A DNA stretch of 64,000 nucleotides from Octopus sinensis (Eukaryota). A program made the position numbers and the translations under genes. Shown here one piece after another: positions 23,971 through 36,200 of this stretch. The stretch's first letter is position 1; every line of letters starts with the position of its first letter. The notes beneath the pieces were generated by a model, which was not told the DNA's origin, searched no databases, and worked only from the letters and a program-made list of their open reading frames with translations. Location: assembly GCF_006345805.1 (NCBI RefSeq), contig NC_042998.1, forward strand, positions 107,136,001 through 107,200,000. The letters are read 5' to 3'.

Positions 23971-24112
23971 AGGGTGACGAGCTGGCAGGATCGTTACTGC
24001 GCCCGAAAAAATGCTTAGTGGCATTCCTTCGGGCTTCATGAAAACTGGGGTCAGTATTTGGCTAGTTCCTTTGCTCAAAATTTCAGGTTTTTTGCCTATA
24101 GTAGGAAGAAGT
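23971..24112 (+). mobile_element. SINE family A (internally deleted), head-to-head with the previous copy
   Basis: AGGGTGACGAGCTGGCAGGATCGTTACTGCGCCCGAAAAAATGCTTAGTGG...TTTTTGCCTATAGTAGGAAG. Confidence 0.8.
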
Positions 24113-24421
24113 TTTTTTTTTTTCTGTCTTAAGTAATTTTCTTCTTTAGGAAAGAAAATCCAATCCAACTACCGTTTCCCCTTACCGTAGGCAATCTGCA
24201 TTTAACACTGTTTCACTCTTCCGAATCATAGCCAGTTTGCATTTTAATGTTATTAGCTACTTTTTACTGAATGATCGTTTTGTAACAGCAATTAAATGAA
24301 ATAAATCACAAATATTGGGTTTTTACAACGAATTGCTAAATCTTTAGTAGATATTTAAAGTCTCTGAAATAAAGCAATGTAAGCGCATATTCGAAAGTAG
24401 AGTGCTTGAAATTTGTTCTAT

Positions 24422-24492
24422 TGTATGTATGTATGTATGTATGTATGTATGTATGTATGTATGTATGTATGTATGTATGTATGTATGTATGT

Positions 24493-24554
<62 letters not shown>
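24422..24554. repeat. (GTAT)n-(AGAT)n compound microsatellite
   Basis: Seen directly. Confidence 0.97.
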
Positions 24555-24556
<2 letters not shown>

Positions 24557-24619
24557 GGGGTGTGGTTGTGGGGGTGTTATTCAAAATCGTACAAAAACAA
24601 AAAGCAGATGACAGAGACA

Positions 24620-24760
24620 GGCGAGGGTACAACAAACAGGGTGTATTACTGAATGTTCAGGAAAAATGGAAGAGTCTTTGACATTTCGGGCTTACGGTCT
24701 TCTACAGAAAGGAATAAGGAAAGAAAACGATGGAAAGAGAAAAGAAAGAGGATTGAAAAA
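24620..24760 (-). mobile_element. PLE pseudo-LTR fragment with a degenerate hammerhead (24676-24711)
   Basis: The reverse strand reads CTTT-CTGTAGA-A-GACCGTAAGCCC-GAAATGTC-AAAG and is homologous to 56295-56332. Confidence 0.6.
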
Positions 24761-25607
24761 GACGTATCTGGATTAATGGTTTCATCAATGTCAAATTAAT
24801 GTTTACAAATGAAGTTTGTAATAAAAGAGAGACATATTTTTTATGCAGTTTCACTTTGACAGGGCTCTAAAAAAATTCACCTCTTCATTATGGAAAAAGG
24901 AACAAAAATCAGGGATACTAATAATAATGCAGTATAATAGACAGCTTGGCTTCCATTCCTAAGGTGGTAAAGCAATTCTTATTTCATAAAATCTTTGGGA
25001 ATTGATGGAATATATTAACTTTCCATTTCTCTTTCACTAAAGTATTATGCTTCCATTTTATAAAATATAATATTATCGTTCTATATGGTGCCATTATAGC
25101 AGTATCAAGGATCAGAAGAACATTTGCTTCCTTAATTACTTTTTTTTACTTAAGCTATTATAGAGTTATTTTTTTTTCTTTTGATGTTTTTACTTTCATT
25201 TTATGTAACAGTAATCTCTTCCTGTGTTTGTAAGTTGTTATTATGCTCACTGGATGGCCTTTCTGAAAATGCTCACGTCAACAAAGTAGTAATTGTTCTG
25301 TTAGTATGGTTTATTGCATCATAACTTCTGTTTTAATACTTGTTAATATATTCTCCGTACTATCGACAATGTTTTCTCTTTTTGAATGCAACTGCCAACA
25401 CAGTCACAAACACAAACATCGTATACATATGGACACCCCTTCCGTAGCTACAGAATTCATAAACAGAATTATCATCGTAGTGATCACTCTAATCCCAACA
25501 TCCTTTGCCAGCCAACAATGAACAGAACCATCAGCATCAATACAACTCCCCCCCGTACGATTTGCAAAGTATATTGCTCCAGTAATAATAATTATTGTTA
25601 ACATAGG

Positions 25608-26760
25608 CACAAGGCCACAATTTTTTAATGGACAATGTAATAGATTACATTGACCCAAACATTTGACAGGTACTTATTATTTTATCAGCCTCGGAGGAAT
25701 AAAAAGCAAAGTAGACCGCGGCGAAACAATCCGCAGTCCTAATCTTAATAATATTGATAGTTAACACAGGCACAAACCTCAAACCTGGTGGAGTAGTAAA
25801 TTCGATTAAACGAAACTAGTAACTTTATCAATCCTGGAAAGATGACTGAGAAATTTTGTCCGCTACACCGCCAATTCTATTAATTATTCCATCCACTGCT
25901 CATACGTAAGTAAATGTTACATAGCATTTTGTCCAATTGATTCTGCCATCCACCATGCCCTTGAGAATAATGATGATTTCTGAAGTGGGCACAAGACCAC
26001 ACATGTTTGGGAGAGTATACACTCGATAAAATCCACCCGGCTACATTAGTGGTATTTTCTTTTATCAACATTAGAATAATCAGAAGTAAACATTTTTTTT
26101 GTCCAAACCCTTCTGATTCCGCCATCCCCAATTCCTCTTAACAATAGCGATTTCTTACATCTACACAGCCCCCAACTGTGGAATAATCGATTATATCAAA
26201 CCCACTACTTGACTAGTGCTTAAATTTATTTACTTCAAAAGGATGAAAAGGAAAAACTGGCTTCAGTGAAAGATGGATCCATAGCCATGGATGACAAAAC
26301 AAATACTGCTGACGATCCTGCCAGCTTAACGCCTTCGGTAATTTCTAATTTAGGCGAAGGCCAACAGTTTTGAGGGTAGGGAATGATTGATTAAACTGAC
26401 AGCAGTAGTTCACTGATATTGTATTTTATCAATCCTAGAGGAATGAAAGGTAAAGTTGACTTCAGCGTGATTTGAATTCAGAATGTTAACGACTGTACCT
26501 AAAGACCGCCTTGCAGTTTCTAGATACATTTTAACGTTTCTGATTTAAGCACAAAACCAGTAATTTTGATGAGCTTGGTTTAGTCGATTCCGTTGGCTCT
26601 AATACTTGCCTGTGACTTTATACTAACGACCCTGAAAGAATAACAGGTAACGCTGAACTTGGCAAGATTTGAACTCAGAGTGTAATCAGCCAGAACAAAC
26701 GCAGTGAAACGTTGTTTATTATTTTTTTTTCCCGACACTCTAATGATTCTGCCATCCCAT
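25608..26760 (-). mobile_element. Cluster of 4-5 degenerate SINE family A copies
   Basis: Repeated GGCACAAGGCC...TCGATT...ACTGGTACTT.TTTTATC.A.CC..G.A.GATGAAAGG.AAAGT.GAC...GG..GATTTGAA.TCAGA blocks near 25608, 25760, 26140, 26358 and 26560. Confidence 0.72.
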
Positions 26761-27060
26761 TCCTCTGCTGTCCTCTTAATAATAATACTTAGAAAATTGA
26801 AGCGTCATGGTCTGATCGATATATTGGACGATTAGTAATTTGTTTCCCGTCACTATGACAATTCATGCTGACTCATCAAGCCGACAAAAGAGAGAAAAGG
26901 ACAGAAAAAAGCGGGACGATATTTTCAAAATAAGATATTGATTATATATGTATATTTTTATCTAGGTAGTAGGCTATAACTTTAGATGAGGTGATGATCA
27001 TACCTTTTCTAAAGTTATTAACTGTATAAATAAAATATCAACTTATCATTGGCTGTAGTT

Positions 27061-27262
27061 TAAGGCGCGAGGTGGTAGAATCGTTAACGCGCCGGACGAA
27101 ATACTTGGATGTATTTCGCCAGTCGCTGAGTTCAAATTTCGCCGAGGTCGACTTTACCTTTCATTCTTCCAGGGTCGATAAATTAAGTACCAGTGAAAAA
27201 TCGGAGTCTATGTAATCGACTAGTCCCCTCCCCAAAATTTTCAGTGCCTATAGTAGAAAGGA
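27061..27262 (+). mobile_element. SINE family A with a (TAG)n tail
   Basis: TAAGGCGCGAGGTGGTAGAATCGTTAACGCGCCGGACGAAAT...GAGTTCAAATTTCGCCGAGGTCGACTTTACCTTTCA...GTAGAAAGGATTAGTAGTAG. Confidence 0.9.
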
Positions 27263-28105
27263 TTAGTAGTAGTAGTAGTAATGTCGTTGTCGAAAACTGG
27301 GTCTTTGAATTCGCCTGTATCATTAACAATGCATATTAATTTGTGCTAAATCGCAATTTGGTATTAGATAGAGTAACAAGGAAACAGTTTTAGTCTCCCG
27401 AATACAAAGCAGACATTGCAGGTGTTAAGTGTCAAATATTTCACAAAACTAAGCGGATACTTAGGAAAACCAAAATATCTTCATAGGAATGAAATTAATG
27501 TTGAGCTTGTCTTGTATACTCCAGTGATCGCCGATATACAATACATACAGACAGTTTCCTTCACATTCTACCGCATGTTGCCTGTGATAAAACAACCTAT
27601 GGGATGGCCAAGGCATTCCAGCCTTTACCATCCCGTTTTGTTTTTCAAACAGCGTTTGTAGAATCATAATTTCCAGTGCTGTTCTATTTTAAGGTGATGT
27701 GGTTTGGTTAGAGGGAAAAGATAGCTGCTTTTTCTTGCAGTTCTAGTATCCATGTACAGACTTCCTTATTTGTTCGTCGTTGACAATGATATTGACAATG
27801 ATGATTATAACTCTATAATTGGAGTAATCAAAGAGAAGAATCTAATTATAAAATATAATTTTATAAAACAAAGTGAAAACAAACAGTTATCAGGTGATGA
27901 TTAAAAGAAGAAATTCTTCTTTACTTCCCTTCTTGCCAATTCATCTTATTGATTCTAAATGAACATAAAATAAATCAAATAAAACTGACTGGATATTTTC
28001 TTCAAAATTATCAATTTTGCTTTTCTTTCATTTTAATTGAAGAAATATACTTGATATTTATTTGCATAGCTGTTTTTGTCGTTCATTTATTTCTTACATA
28101 GTCGA

Positions 28106-28153
<48 letters not shown>

Positions 28154-29729
28154 TTTGTTATTTGAAAATATCTTGATAGTTTTTACCTTTTCTTTAGAAA
28201 AAATAGCATTTCCATGTTTCTATTTGTTCCATATGCAAAAAAAAATCTTTGGTTAACTTTCTTTCAAAGTATTTTGCCAAATTATAGAAACTTGCACGAG
28301 TGGTAAGTAGAATGCAGGCCATTTCTTGAATCGATTATGCAGAGAGAATTTGAATTATATCATTCTAATTTGTTTTCCTTTCAATTATTTATTACAATTT
28401 AGTCATTAGTAAATGGAGAGATTCTAGTTTAAAACTTAAGTTTATTTTAACGAAAACTTCTATGCTTTGGAATTTATGGCATTCATTTCTTTTCTATGGA
28501 CAGCCACCCATCAAACTATTTTATTGATACCTATGGGACGGTATATAAAATCACAACCGGCTTGATTTAAACTCAGAAAGAAATGACACCGAAATATATA
28601 TTCCAGACTACGTCGATCAGTCATCTTTTCTCCAAGTAATAAAGTAGACCTCTAGCCCCATACGAACAGGGGTCAATTTCCCATCTCGATAGCTCTCTGA
28701 TATAACAGCACAAAAAAAAACCCGAGCTCTGACACGTACTTTTCCTATCACAGAAAGTTCTTGACTTGAGTGGGGTTTTATCTATATCTCTCGCTGGTTG
28801 ATGTTTGAAAAGTTGATTAACATTTTGATTGTTTATCGTGTATGCGATCATAAACATTACAGATCAATGTGTGCAGGTATAAACGAATGGTTAAGAAGTT
28901 CGCCTCACTATCATGAAGTTTTGGGCTCGATTGCTCTTCATGATTTTTTTTTTCCAAAATATTTTTTACAATAGCGTCGAGTTGACCAAAGTTTTGCGAG
29001 TAAAACTGGACTGATTGAAACACTGTTCAAGTCCATTTAACAACCTGCTTTATCACACTCCATACCACGCTGATTCTACTTAAGGTTTACGTTAAAGTAA
29101 AATGTACACATATTTGTGAAATACGCAGTCATTATGACTAGCTAGAACTTAAATTAGGTATTTCAATTGACCAAATAACTGGAACACTCATCTACAAAAT
29201 CGTCAAAGAAACCATTTAATTTAAATGACAATAAATAATAAGAATGAGCTGCATTTCCCGGTCTTACCCAGATTTAGGAATACCGAAAACAAATAAAATG
29301 AATTTAATATATCTTGAATATATAACTTTAAAAATATTGGTTTTGCACCAATAAACGCTTAACAGTATAGCCGATACGTCAAACTCAAATGGCCGAAAGC
29401 ACATAACCTCTCTACAACCACGTAGAGAGATTATAGGTGCGAAAAATGGTCACTCTCTGACCGGCCATAACTTTAAAAATATATATATGTAATGGCAATC
29501 TTCAATTGGCTTCGAAATATTTATTCCCTAATTATTGTTGCATCCAAGCAATTCAGTAGAAGGTTGGAGTAGATCTTTAAAAATGCACATAAAAATAAGC
29601 ATAGATCCTGAAATAAAATTTTATTCAAACATTTTACTCCATTCTTGGGAAAGCACGCATTTTTCTTTCGAAATATTGTACTAATTTACATTATTACTCT
29701 GTATGAGTAATTGGTGCCTAGGTACCAAA

Positions 29730-30250
29730 CTGTGGCTTATAACTTGGAACATGCATACATTCACATGCGTGTGTATTTCTATGTTAAAACTTGCAGGTAT
29801 TGTCCCGTTGTTGTACCAAAGTAATATCATTCAGTAATCTGCTGATTTTTACTTGAGATCTATTGATGATCAAAGTGAAGCTAAGTCTGACTAAAATAGA
29901 AGTCTTTTAAATTCAAATGGCAAATCACCAATGGCTCCTGCGATATTCTGGTAATAAAACAATTGTCCACTGCAAATTTTCTTGGCATAATTGTAACACC
30001 CAGATCATAGGACATATTTTTGAAGCTAACTCTTGTGTTGTTCCAAATTCAGAGGGTCTAAGTTATGGTTTCATTTGATATTTGGCTGCTATTTCCATCA
30101 GCTCCCGCTACTATATAGTGGTCGGCCGCCCTCTTCAGTTCATATAAATACGCATTACGTAAAACAGTAGGGTGTAGTCTGATGGTTTGGATGTTATTGC
30201 TAGCGGGTTTTGGTAATTTGAAGAGAATCCCGTGCTGGCTCTTACAAATA
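29730..30250 (-). mobile_element. Helitron PIF1-like helicase C-terminal relic
   Basis: Frameshift-corrected minus-strand translation: IWNNTRVSFKNMSYDLGVTIMPRKFAVDNCFITRI / GDLPFEFKRLLF / VRLSFTLIINRSQ / F*H / MYACSK. It corresponds to the Helitron consensus LCNGTRL...FIPRI...DLPFEFKRLQFPVRLSFAMTINKSQG...FSHGQLYVACSRV. Confidence 0.8.
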
Positions 30251-30336
30251 TTCATATATGAGTCGTTGTTATAAGAGGATGAGTTAGTTACAATTTCGAG
30301 CAGGTCGAGCTACAGCATTGAGCCTTCCCTTATTGG

Positions 30337-30379
<43 letters not shown>

Positions 30380-30985
30380 CATATACACATACGTAAAGTA
30401 TTAAATGTGATTTTAAGAAGATTAGCTGTTATTTCTATCAGCGCTAATATATATATAGGGTTCTCTTGTTGGCTCATACATGCAGTATGACAACAGTATG
30501 ACAGTAACGTGTGATTTGAGGGAGTTGGGACTGCTATTTCTATTCGATTTAATTAAAATATAAAGATCTCCCTCGTTGTTTCATACATACGTGTGTATGT
30601 GCGTGCGCGCGCGTGTGTGTGTGTGTGTGTGTACCTTTCTATGAAATTATTTTGCGAATACAGAGATGTTGTTGCTATTTTGTCTACATAACATATAGAG
30701 ATCCTCCCCCACCATGATCATGCATGTATACATATATAAGAGAACAGGGCATGATTTAGTTGTTATTTCCGGAATGTTTAGAGAACATAAAAAGGCTCTT
30801 TAGTTCGAGCATGTATATGTGCACACATTAGACTGTAGGATGCTTTAGAACATCAAATCATCGAAATCCACAAACTGTTTTAAAAAGTTGTCATAGGAGA
30901 TACCGATGATAAAACAAACCAACATCACTACTCTCTCACTCTCTCTCTCTCTCTTCCTCCCTCTCTCTCTTCCTCCCTCTCTCTC

Positions 30986-31023
<38 letters not shown>

Positions 31024-31051
31024 TCCCTCTCTCTCTTCCTCCCTCTCTCTC

Positions 31052-31086
<35 letters not shown>

Positions 31087-31376
31087 ATGCATGTCACTCT
31101 ATCTCTTTCTATAGTAATATTCCAGAGAGTAAAGCAGAAAAAGAGGAAGAAAAAATCAGTTTTTTGGCACACAAACATACTTTCGAATCTTTCTTTTACT
31201 GTCATCACCACTGTTTTTCCAACTTCATGCCTGTCTTGCTAATATTTATTCTTTTTCGGCTTTCTGTCATTATCTATTTCCATTCTTGACAGACAATAGG
31301 GTTATGATTTGAGAGAAAATGGAATGTTTTCTGAAAATAAATATAATAGAAATCTCCCTGTGAGGCTGCGAATAAT

Positions 31377-31745
<369 letters not shown>

Positions 31746-32834
31746 GGACTGAACCGTGTGGTTGGAAAGCAAATTTCTTACCACCCACCCACGCCTACAT
31801 ATATATTCAAAAGTTGTATGTTATGATCATAACTGGCACCACCAAAACAGTGATGTACCTGTAAGATTCCACACATAAATATCATTATCATATAATGCTC
31901 TTATTAAAAGTGATGTTCTTCAAGTATTCCTCATGTTGATTTCAACTGCGCTGAATGATTTATTAAACAAGTATGACTGCGATTAATTAAATTATTACAT
32001 TCTATGAATATGTATATGGTTGCATTCAAACTGAAGACTGGTGCATGTTTAGGAATAGCATTATATATCACACTTTAGATATGATTATTTCTTTGTGGCA
32101 TTTCAATAACTTTACGTTTTCTTACTTCACTTTCATTTCTTTCCTCCCTTTCTATTTCTTTTTCCATTTCTATTCAGTTTGGTTAGAAATGTTAATTACA
32201 TAGAAATGTCAAATTTCTATTAATATACTACGCATTCACAAGCACATTTCTTCGTTAATTACGAGCTGAAGCATGTATTTTACAGACTCCTGCATATTTG
32301 TTAATGCCAAGTTCCAATTCCTTTATGTTTTTAGATTTTTTCCATTAGTTTCTTTTCTATGGAATGAGGTGATCGGTATCTTTAACAGCAATTAAGGAAG
32401 CTTACAAATTTCTTCCACGTATGTTAGTTTAATTATCGCTATAGTATATACTATATTATCACTATAGTCATTGTCGTTATTAAATTTCTTAATGCTATTC
32501 CTTTTTGTCTTGTCTTTTGTTTTTGTGCTTTTGTTTTTTGTAACAACAGACATGTCTATAAAAATTATATATTAGAATCACTTTGATCATCAGAACGTCG
32601 ACACTATATACTACGTTACCAACCTACTAAGTCAACACACTTCTACTAAAACAAGAACTTCGTTTCTCCTGAGTTTAGTAATGTCTTCTGGTCTTAGTAC
32701 TACAGGATCACAAGTTTGGAGAGAAGCGAACAGTCGATAAAAATCTATATGAAGGTATTTATTTTAAAGATCCCGAAAAAAAAATTCGACCGCGGTCTAA
32801 TTTAAATTCAGAATATTAAAGGATCAAATAAATA

Positions 32835-33040
32835 TTTCTAAATTTGACACAAGGTCAGCAATTTCGGGACAAGATGTAAATTGATTACATCGGTCTCAGG
32901 ACTCAGCTGATATTTATTTTATCGATCCCGTAAAGATGAAAGGTAAAGTCGGCCGCTGCGGAATTTGAACTCAGAACACGAAGACGAATGAAATGCTACT
33001 AAGCGTTTTGCCTGGCGTATTGACGATTCTGCCAGCTCGT
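32835..33040 (-). mobile_element. SINE family A
   Basis: GATGAAAGGTAAAGTCGGCCGCTGCGGAATTTGAACTCAGAAC...TGCTACTAAGCGTTTTGCCTGGCGTATTGACGATTCTGCCAGCTCGTCACCTTA. Confidence 0.88.
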
Positions 33041-33287
33041 CACCTTATAGATCAAACTAAATATTACAATCTATTATGTTCTGCGCACCACCGATTCTAC
33101 CATCTGGCGCATTTTTCTGAGTTAATAAATACCCCCAACCCCACCATCGAATTGATAGTATTAATAAAGCGTCTTGCGATATTCAGCAGCGCATTGTTTT
33201 TTTTTACGTTTTGTTTTCGAATTCCTATCAAAACAAACTTTATCTTTCAATGTTCTGCTTGATAAAATAAACACTTGTCAAAAACTA

Positions 33288-34506
33288 TTAGGTTGGCAAC
33301 TAAGTTCCCGCCGTTTTTTTTAATTTAATTTTTTTAAAAGGTTTAATAAAAAATAACAATTAATTAATCAATAATGTATTCACACTTATTGTTTACAACT
33401 TCTTCCTAACGTTCTACAAGATTTTCAATGCCTTGTTGGTAGAAATCACCCGATTTCGACTCGAAAAATTGATGCAACCAAGCTCTCACTGCATCAGTAT
33501 TGAATGAAACTCCGCGCATAGCATTTAAAAGAGGTCGAAAGCGGTGGAAATCCGTTGGTGCCAAATCAGGAGAGTACGACAGTGTGGCAGCACTTCCCAG
33601 CCATGCGTTTGAATGGCTTCCTTGGTCATATTGGCGATATGAGGGTGGGCGTTGTCGTGCAGCAGTAGAACTCCATGCTGCCGATTAGGTCTTTTCTCTT
33701 GAATAGCCGTGTTGAGTCGTTCCATCTATTGAACATAGAGCTCCGCGTTGACCGTTTGGTTCCGTTCAAGCAGTTCGTAATGGATAATCACTTCCCAGTC
33801 GCTTGTTTACCGGGCTAAGCCATTCCTTACGCTGCTTCATATTGATGTACAGGCACCATTTTTCGTCGCCAGTAACAATTCGGTAAAGAAATCGTTGCTT
33901 GTGTCCATGAGTTGAGCGGTGACAAACAAGCAAACCAGCGGAGATTGTGGCTCGTTGATTTTTGTTGTTGTCACTTATAGTATGTGGAACCCATGCTCCA
34001 TATTAGTGGACCTTTCCCATCAAGTGAAGATGCTTGTCTATAGCAGTGTCGGAGCATTCCATTTTCTCTGCCAGTTCCCTTATCGTTTGACGAGAATTTT
34101 CGTGCAAAAGTTGGTTTAATCGCTCTTCATCGAACTCAACTGGACGGCCAGAACGAGGTGAGTCTTTGAGGTCAAAATTTCCATTTTTGAACTTGGCACA
34201 CCCCATCACGAGCGGTTCTTTCAGCTATGGCATCCTCTCCATACACAGCACAAATGTCGCGAGCAGCTTTTGCGGCCTTAGAACCTTGATTAAAAGCAGA
34301 ATGAAGGAGGTGTCGAAAATGCTCGCTTTTCTTAACTTGACATTCCATTAAACAAAAATTAACTAAAATTAACTAGAAAAAATAACAAAATGGATTCCAA
34401 AATGATTCAAAAATAGAATTCTCGAAAAAAATAGATTCCAAAATTTAAAAGCGTAATAAATTCCAAAATTAAAAAAAAAAACGCGGGAACTTAGTTGCCA
34501 ACCCAA
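33288..34506 (-). mobile_element. Mariner transposon with both TIRs; transposase pseudogene at ~33365-34348
   Basis: TIRs (TA)TTAGGTTGGCAACTAAGTTCCCGCCG / CGCGGGAACTTAGTTGCCAACCCAA(TA). Translation: MECQVKKSEHFRH...KFKNGNFDLKDSPRSGRPVEFDEERL...GAWVPH...RIVTGDEKWCLY...LLHDNAHPH...YSPDLAPTDFHRF...YIID*, a DD34D-type layout with an internal deletion and frameshifts. Confidence 0.95.
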
Positions 34507-34661
34507 TAGAATCAATCTTAATCAAATTTACTCTCTCCAAACCATTTGAGTTCTCTCCGTATTTTTACGTCCTCACTACTTGATCCAAGACTGCTCACTG
34601 TGAATGAAACGCTGGAGTAACGCACCCTCAGTGCATGTCTGTGCATCATCATCATCTACAG

Positions 34662-34945
34662 TAGTGGTTCCCAAAGTGAACGGTACTATCCCTCTGGGTA
34701 GATGAAAAGATCTGGTGGGGCCTGAAGAAAAGTGGGGGCGATAAGGGGGTGGCCAAAGGAGGGAGGTGGATATAAGAACAACAAAATAATCGGTTTATTA
34801 GGTTAGGTTTTATTTGTGAAATACAGTTGTCTTGAATTTGATGCAGAACGTAGTTTATGTTTGTGGTGGTACGTAGGGTGGGAGCGCTAGGAATGTGACC
34901 TGGGTACCAAGGGGGTGGCATCCCGAAAAAGTTTGGGAACCACTG
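34662..34945. mobile_element. hAT-superfamily MITE (284 nt)
   Basis: TIRs TAGTGGTTCCCAAA / TTTGGGAACCACTG; 8-bp TSD ATCTACAG (34654-34661) / ATCTACAA (34946-34953). Confidence 0.9.
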
Positions 34946-34953
34946 ATCTACAA

Positions 34954-35250
34954 CATCCCCAATCCTCTGCTCAGCGGGTGTTGAAAACAAATGAAGAGCC
35001 TGACCCATAGAACGCGTCTCCTCAACAGAAAGCGGATGGGCAGGTGCTCCATTCCAGTAACACATGATCTGTGGCGAGACACGATGGTCAGGCAATAATG
35101 TATGATGGAGGCGATGTAATCTTCCGACATCTCTGCCCGACATTGGAGGAATGGTTTTCCTTCGGCTTATTTCTGGACGGAATAGGTTACTATGCTCTTC
35201 GCCTCGTCCCAATTCTTCTCCACTTGGAGGTCTGGACCAAACCAGACTCC
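34954..35250 (-). mobile_element. Possible decayed non-LTR retroelement C-terminal fragment (zf-RVT-like), interrupted by the hAT MITE
   Basis: GC-richer, coding-like sequence; minus frames give LQCRAEMSEDY and CLATDHVLLEW, loosely like C..C...ET..H.LLEC. Assignment is weak. Confidence 0.3.
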
Positions 35251-35326
35251 GTGGTGGTGGTGGTGGTGGTGGTGGTGGTGGTATTAACAGCAGTAGCAGC
35301 AGCAGCAGCAGCACAGCAGCAGCAGC

Positions 35327-35404
<78 letters not shown>

Positions 35405-35432
35405 GGTGTGGTGGTGGTGGTGGTGGTGGTGG
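35250..35432. repeat. (GTG)n-(GCA)n-(GTA)n-(GTG)n compound microsatellite
   Basis: Seen directly. Confidence 0.96.
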
Positions 35433-35439
35433 TACCTGA

Positions 35440-35893
35440 TTTAGGCACAAGGCCAACAGATGTGAGAGGAAATCTTAGTCGATTAGATGTATTCCTGCAC
35501 CTGACTCGTACTCTATTTCATCGACTCCGAAAGGATGAAAGGCAAAGCTGACCTCGGCAGGATTTTCATTTAGAACATAAAGAGCCATAAAATACGGCAA
35601 AGCACTTTGTCAGACGCGCTAACGATTCTTCCAATCCAATGATGATGATGGTGATGATGATGATGATGATGATAATAATCCTTTCTTCAAAAGGCACAAC
35701 GCCTGGAATTTGTGAGGAGGAGACTAGTTGGTTACATCGACCCCAGTGTTTCACTTATACTTAATTTATCGACCTCAAAAGGATGAAAGGCAAAGTGAAC
35801 TTCGGCGGAATGTGAACTCAGAACGTAGTGACGAGCGAAATATTGCTAAGCATTTTGCCCGGCGTGCTAATGATTCTGCCAGCTCGCTGCCTT
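35440..35893 (-). mobile_element. Two tandem SINE family A copies separated by (GAT)n
   Basis: 35440-35636 and 35682-35893 each carry AAAGGATGAAAGGCAAAG..GA.CT.CGGC.G.A..T..A..T.AGAAC. Confidence 0.9.
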
Positions 35894-35904
35894 AGATAAT
35901 AATG

Positions 35905-35980
<76 letters not shown>

Positions 35981-35987
35981 TAATAAT

Positions 35988-36200
35988 AAGGCGAGCTGGG
36001 AGAAACGTTATCATGCCTGGTGAAATGCTTAGCAGTATTTCGTCAGTCTTTACGTTCTGAGTTCAAATTCCGTTGAGGTCGACTTTGCCTTTCATCCTTT
36101 CGGTGTTGATAAATTAAGTACCAGTTGCGTGCTGAGGTCGATCTAATCGGCTAGCCCCGTCCCCAAAAAATTCGGGCCTTGTGCATAGAGTAGGAAATAA
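35988..36200 (+). mobile_element. SINE family A, inverted relative to 35682-35893 across an (AAT)n spacer
   Basis: AAGGCGAGCTGGGAGAAACGTTATCATGCCTGGTGAAATGCTTAGCAGTATTTCG...GAGTTCAAATTCCGTTGAGGTCGACTTTGCCTTTCATCCTTTCGG...GGGCCTTGTGCATAGAGTAGGAAATAATAAT. Confidence 0.92.

Noticed and set aside
27461-27667. 68-aa ORF with a protein-like look (GMVKAGMPWPSHRLFYHRQ)
   Set aside because: The DNA is a copy of retroposon family E (GGATGGT....GCTGGAATGCCTT...CATAGGT).
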